Assembly: GCA_030654195.1 (NCBI GenBank)
Contig: JAURXV010000037.1
Coordinates: forward strand, 1 to 61,517
From: Syntrophales bacterium
GTDB taxonomy: Bacteria > Desulfobacterota > Syntrophia > Syntrophales > UBA5619
DNA length: 61,517 bases
Reading direction: 5' to 3'
How positions within the stretch are numbered: the stretch's first letter is position 1; each line of letters opens with the position of its first letter. The notes below the pieces were generated by a model, which searched no databases, was not told the origin of the DNA, and saw only the letters and a list, made by a program, of their open reading frames with translations. Made by a program: the position numbers and the translations under genes. Positions 57,852 to 61,517 of this stretch are shown in pieces.

Positions 57852-59057
57852 CTAACGTGAGAAATCTGCAATGCACTTTCCCGCAAATTCCACCATATCG
57901 TCGGTAGCTTTCGAAAACTGCTGCGCCGTCTTCACCAGCGATGGATGGGCGTTGTACTCATCCCGGGCATAGCCGTCCTCCGCGTAGGCCCTTTCGAAAT
58001 AGGGTACGCGCAGCAGCTTATCCAGCACATCCTTCGGTATCTCATGATCGATGCGGTCCTTTATAAAATGGATGTTTTCCTGTCCCGGAAAATGGATCAC
58101 CTCATCAATGAAAGTTGGCGGACAGGTGACCACGATGTTTGCACCCGCCTTTTCCTCCAGATGCCAAAGCCTCAGCGCGCCATCCACGGTCGGTCCGACA
58201 CGCAGGGAGCAGGAGAGGAGCTTGCTCGGATAGTTGTTCTTCTTGAGCAGCCGGTAGGCCTTCTTGAAGATGGCCAATTCCGCCAGACGGACATCCCCCT
58301 CGGAAAGCTCGATTCCCTTTTCCGTTCCGAAATCCCTCAATCCGCCCAAGTCGCCGTAGCGGGCTTCCATGTGGGTGATTATGGATCGCCAGCGCGAAAG
58401 ATCTACATGATTCGCCTTGGCCTTTTCCAGCCCCTTCTGCACGGACCTGGCGCAGTCCATCAATTGCGGCAACACAAACGTCAGGGTATTGTTGGTGGCA
58501 ATCCCGCGGGAAGTCAGCTCCTCAATGACCTCGTATCCCTCCTTTGTGCCCGGCACCTTGATCATCACGTTGGGATTGATCGCAGCAAGTTCCGCGGCCT
58601 GCTTCAACATGGTCTCCTTGTCGAAGGACTTCCGCGGATCCACCTGTCCGGACAGGAAGCCCTCGCGAAAGTTTGTCTTTTCAAACAGCGGCAGGAACAT
58701 ATCGGAGCCCCGTTTCACGACCTCCTTGTAAAGAAGCCAGAAGAGGGACTCTTTATCGATCCCGGGATTTTTCTTTATAATGCCGAAGGTCACGTCTTTC
58801 CAATACGGCTCATCATCCTTGATGGCCTGGAGAGAGAGGGAGGGGTTGGTCGTGACGCCCCGGAAAAGCGACTCCTCAGGATTCTCCGTATTGTACATCC
58901 GGCCAAATTGGCGCTTCAGCGTCTGCTGATCCCCCGCATCCGCCTTGGCAAGTAACTTCCGACACCAGTTCTTGAAAATCACCGGGGATGAATCCCACCA
59001 GATCTCCATGCCGGGACTCACCTGAACCAGCGCCTCCAACAAGTTATTTTCCCTCAT
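57852..59057 (-). CDS. Transaldolase/fructose-6-phosphate aldolase family protein (atypical, long)
   Basis: WWDS, GVTTNPSL, SGQVDP, Schiff-base Lys in MIKVPGT, NNTL.F; GGGG RBS. Confidence 0.75.
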   Translation of the reverse strand: MRENNLLEALVQVSPGMEIWWDSSPVIFKNWCRKLLAKADAGDQQTLKRQFGRMYNTENPEESLFRGVTTNPSLSLQAIKDDEPYWKDVTFGIIKKNPGIDKESLFWLLYKEVVKRGSDMFLPLFEKTNFREGFLSGQVDPRKSFDKETMLKQAAELAAINPNVMIKVPGTKEGYEVIEELTSRGIATNNTLTFVLPQLMDCARSVQKGLEKAKANHVDLSRWRSIITHMEARYGDLGGLRDFGTEKGIELSEGDVRLAELAIFKKAYRLLKKNNYPSKLLSCSLRVGPTVDGALRLWHLEEKAGANIVVTCPPTFIDEVIHFPGQENIHFIKDRIDHEIPKDVLDKLLRVPYFERAYAEDGYARDEYNAHPSLVKTAQQFSKATDDMVEFAGKCIADFSR

Positions 59058-59100
59058 GCTATCCCCCTTGTGTATCCATTTTTTGTCGATAGTGTTTAGA

Positions 59101-59110
59101 TGTATATACA
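59101..59110. promoter_or_regulatory. Putative GntR/HutC-family operator
   Basis: Perfect palindrome TGTATATACA between the GntR gene and the transaldolase start. Confidence 0.55.
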
Positions 59111-59268
59111 ATCAGTCTTAAAAATCAAGTTAAATTTTACTCCGTCGCATAATCCCATGCCATCCTGCCTCCCCCTTGAAGAGGGATAAACCCATTATTT
59201 CCCATCCGTTCAGGAGGAGGAGGAGAAGTACATAGGGTGAGGTAAGAAAGTTGTCTGCCGGAGTTGTA

Positions 59269-60039
59269 TTAATCCTCCTGCAATGGATGATCCTTGATAT
59301 GATAGCGACCCAGTTCAACCTCAAAAACATACTTGTCTCCCCGGTAATAGGAATAGAGAAGTTCCACCGGGATATTGTTATCGTCATAGGTCAGGCTTTC
59401 CATGAAAAAGGCCGCCGTATTTTCCGGAACGTTCAGATAGGAGGCAATACGACCCTTCAGATTCACCGCCCGGATCGTCTGGTCGGATCGGGCCAGCGTG
59501 ACATTGAAGCGTTCAAAAATGATCTGGTACATCGAACCGGTCAGATCCATCCCTAGAATTTCCTTGAAGGTATGGTATGGAAGATAGCTCTCCTCATAGA
59601 TAAACGGCGTCTCGTTGCCTGTCCGAAGACGGCGGATGGCCACGACCCTGCCGCTCGGACTCAGGATCAATTTCCTGGCCACCGGCTCCTTCGCCTCTTC
59701 CGCGCCCTGTTTGATGATTTTGGTATTCTCCTTGATGCCGAGCTCCCGTAAATCATCACTGAAGCTGGAAATACTCTTGAGCTGGTGCTTGATCGCCAGC
59801 GGGGTCTCGGCGCAGACAAAGGTTCCCAACCCCTTTTCCTTCCGCAGGATGCCCGCAGCCGTCAATGCTGAAATGGCCTGCCTCAGTGTATTCCGGTTCA
59901 CCTGGCAGATCCGGGCGAGTTCCACCTCCGACGGCAGGACACCTCCCTTTTCATACCTCCCGGACTCGATCAGATCCTTGATCCAGCCGCTGATCTGGAG
60001 ATACTTGGGGATCGGATTGTCCGGATCGATGATATTCAT
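59269..60039 (-). CDS. GntR family regulator, HutC subfamily (UTRA domain)
   Basis: PKYLQI, LPSE.ELA...VNR.T.RQA, G.GTFV, GSMY, YRGDKY. Confidence 0.9.
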   Translation of the reverse strand: MNIIDPDNPIPKYLQISGWIKDLIESGRYEKGGVLPSEVELARICQVNRNTLRQAISALTAAGILRKEKGLGTFVCAETPLAIKHQLKSISSFSDDLRELGIKENTKIIKQGAEEAKEPVARKLILSPSGRVVAIRRLRTGNETPFIYEESYLPYHTFKEILGMDLTGSMYQIIFERFNVTLARSDQTIRAVNLKGRIASYLNVPENTAAFFMESLTYDDNNIPVELLYSYYRGDKYVFEVELGRYHIKDHPLQED

Positions 60040-60055
60040 CTCAGCAACTCCCCCG

Positions 60056-61516
60056 TTATTTGGTGGCGCTCATTCCGGTAAGCCCGGAACTGCCGGTGGT
60101 CAACCGCATGATGATCAGAAACAGCGCAACGATAAACACCACTACGGTACACATGGCGTTTGCACTCGCCGTACGGCCATCCACATCGAGAAATATGATC
60201 TCAATCGCAGCCAGCTTGATCTGAGCCGAAACCAGAAACAGCACGGCGCTGATCGTTGTCATCGACCGCATGAAATAGAAGGTGGTTGTGGAGAGGAAGG
60301 CCACCTTGGATAGCGGAAATATGATCCGGGTAAAGGTGGTGACCGGTCCGGCGCCGAGACTGACCGCTGCCTCCTCGACCGATTTGTCGATCTGCTTCAG
60401 ATTCGCTGTCCCGGAGAGAACCCCCAGAGTGAAGTTGGCGATCACGACGTTGATAATGATTATCCAGATTGTTCCATAAATCAGAAAGTAGGGTTTGTTG
60501 AAGGCCAGTACGTATCCCAGACCCAGCACCACCCCGGGTATGGCCGCCGGCAAAACCGACAGGGCGTAGAGAAGCTGCTCGCCCCGGGGTTTCTTCTTTT
60601 CGATGATGTACGCGGCCACAAGGGTGATGGAAGCCCCGACCACGGCCACCACCAGGGAGACCAGAAGGCTGGTCCAAATGGGGGCGTATTTGATGGCAAT
60701 CATGTCACGTACCGATCCCGGCTCCAGGACGCTGTTCCAGAAGGCGGTCCAGAGCGGTACGCTCGCCCCGAGTGACGGAAAGTCAAAGTGTTTTAGGGTC
60801 AGTGAAAAATCGTATGGCCAGGTGTTGACGAAGGAGCCCAGGAAGACCGTAATGAAAACCAGCAGGATGCAGGAGGAGATCAGTGTCGAGTATGCGGTAA
60901 ACGCCCATTTCTTCAGCGGACGGGAAGGCTGGATGAAGGGACGCGCCTGGCCGCTGATCATCGCATAGCTCTTCCGGGTCAGGTAGTAATTGATCGCGAA
61001 GGCCGTGATGGAGGGAACCAGGAGGATCACGCTGATGGTTGCCCCCAGGTCGAACCGCTGCATGCCGAAGACCTTGTTTACGATTTCCGTCGCTAGGACC
61101 GAATAGTCCCCCCCGATCACGACCGGGATGCCGAAGTCGGTAATCGTCAGGTTGAAGGTGAGGGCCGCGGCGCTGGCGATCCCGTACTTCGCCGAAGGCA
61201 AGGTCACCTTGAAGAAGGTTTTCATCGCGGAGGCGCCCAGGCTCTGCGCGGCTTCGTCGAGGCGTGTGTCCACCGCGGACAGCGTGGTATAAAGGATGAA
61301 AAGGGCATTCGGAAAACAGTAGAGAATCTCTCCGACGATGATCCCCGTGGCGCCGTATATATTCCAGCTCGTTCCCAGAAGGTAGCGTGTGATGACCCCG
61401 TTGCGGCCGAACAGCAGAATGAGTGCGAGGGCCTGGATAATCGTCGGCGCGATCAGGGGCAACGTGGAGACGGTATAGAAAAACCCCTTGCCGGGCATGG
61501 TGGTGCGGGTAAGTCC
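60056..61516 (-). CDS. Fused two-domain ABC permease (FbpB / putative 2-aminoethylphosphonate type); 5' end outside the window
   Basis: Two EAA loops (LDEAAQSLGA, VEEAAVSLGA), TDFG.P.VIGG, PAAIPG.VLG; frame open to the window edge. Confidence 0.85.
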   Translation of the reverse strand, partial: GLTRTTMPGKGFFYTVSTLPLIAPTIIQALALILLFGRNGVITRYLLGTSWNIYGATGIIVGEILYCFPNALFILYTTLSAVDTRLDEAAQSLGASAMKTFFKVTLPSAKYGIASAAALTFNLTITDFGIPVVIGGDYSVLATEIVNKVFGMQRFDLGATISVILLVPSITAFAINYYLTRKSYAMISGQARPFIQPSRPLKKWAFTAYSTLISSCILLVFITVFLGSFVNTWPYDFSLTLKHFDFPSLGASVPLWTAFWNSVLEPGSVRDMIAIKYAPIWTSLLVSLVVAVVGASITLVAAYIIEKKKPRGEQLLYALSVLPAAIPGVVLGLGYVLAFNKPYFLIYGTIWIIIINVVIANFTLGVLSGTANLKQIDKSVEEAAVSLGAGPVTTFTRIIFPLSKVAFLSTTTFYFMRSMTTISAVLFLVSAQIKLAAIEIIFLDVDGRTASANAMCTVVVFIVALFLIIMRLTTGSSGLTGMSATK

Positions 61517-61517
61517 A

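Overview
About 61.5 kb of GC-rich chromosome from an anaerobic bacterium; gene content suggests a Desulfobacterota/Syntrophales-like organism (inference). Most of it is housekeeping or metabolic: a matB-like acyl-CoA ligase, a core methionine synthase, a GMP synthase ATPPase subunit, pyrK/pyrD, rimI, mannose-family PTS IIA/B/C, an AddAB-like helicase-nuclease pair, fusA, livKHMGF, fba, ggt, cmk-rpsA-sppA, a bepA-like protease, an HD-GYP protein and nrdDG with two NrdR boxes. Best candidate for a new system (43.9-50.0 kb): a GT4 glycosyltransferase, two SAM methyltransferases and a 'prenyltransferase-like' protein that together resemble the mycobacterial 3-O-methylmannose polysaccharide (MMP) genes ManT/MeT3/MmpH/MeT1, extended here by a hexapeptide acyltransferase and a cobalamin-binding radical SAM enzyme. 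Second candidate (52.3-61.5 kb): a GntR-associated catabolic cluster with an ABC permease, an atypical transaldolase-family enzyme, a PLP aminotransferase, ETF and a GcvT-family flavoprotein. Also present: a decayed type III R-M locus that still holds an intact MNT-HEPN toxin-antitoxin pair, a truncated ferredoxin:thioredoxin reductase-like gene, a stand-alone Cys-rich sigma-70 region 4 protein, an AT-rich two-gene islet and several REP-like palindromes. No rRNA, tRNA, CRISPR array or intact transposase was seen. Family calls come from motif recognition and recall, not from database searches.
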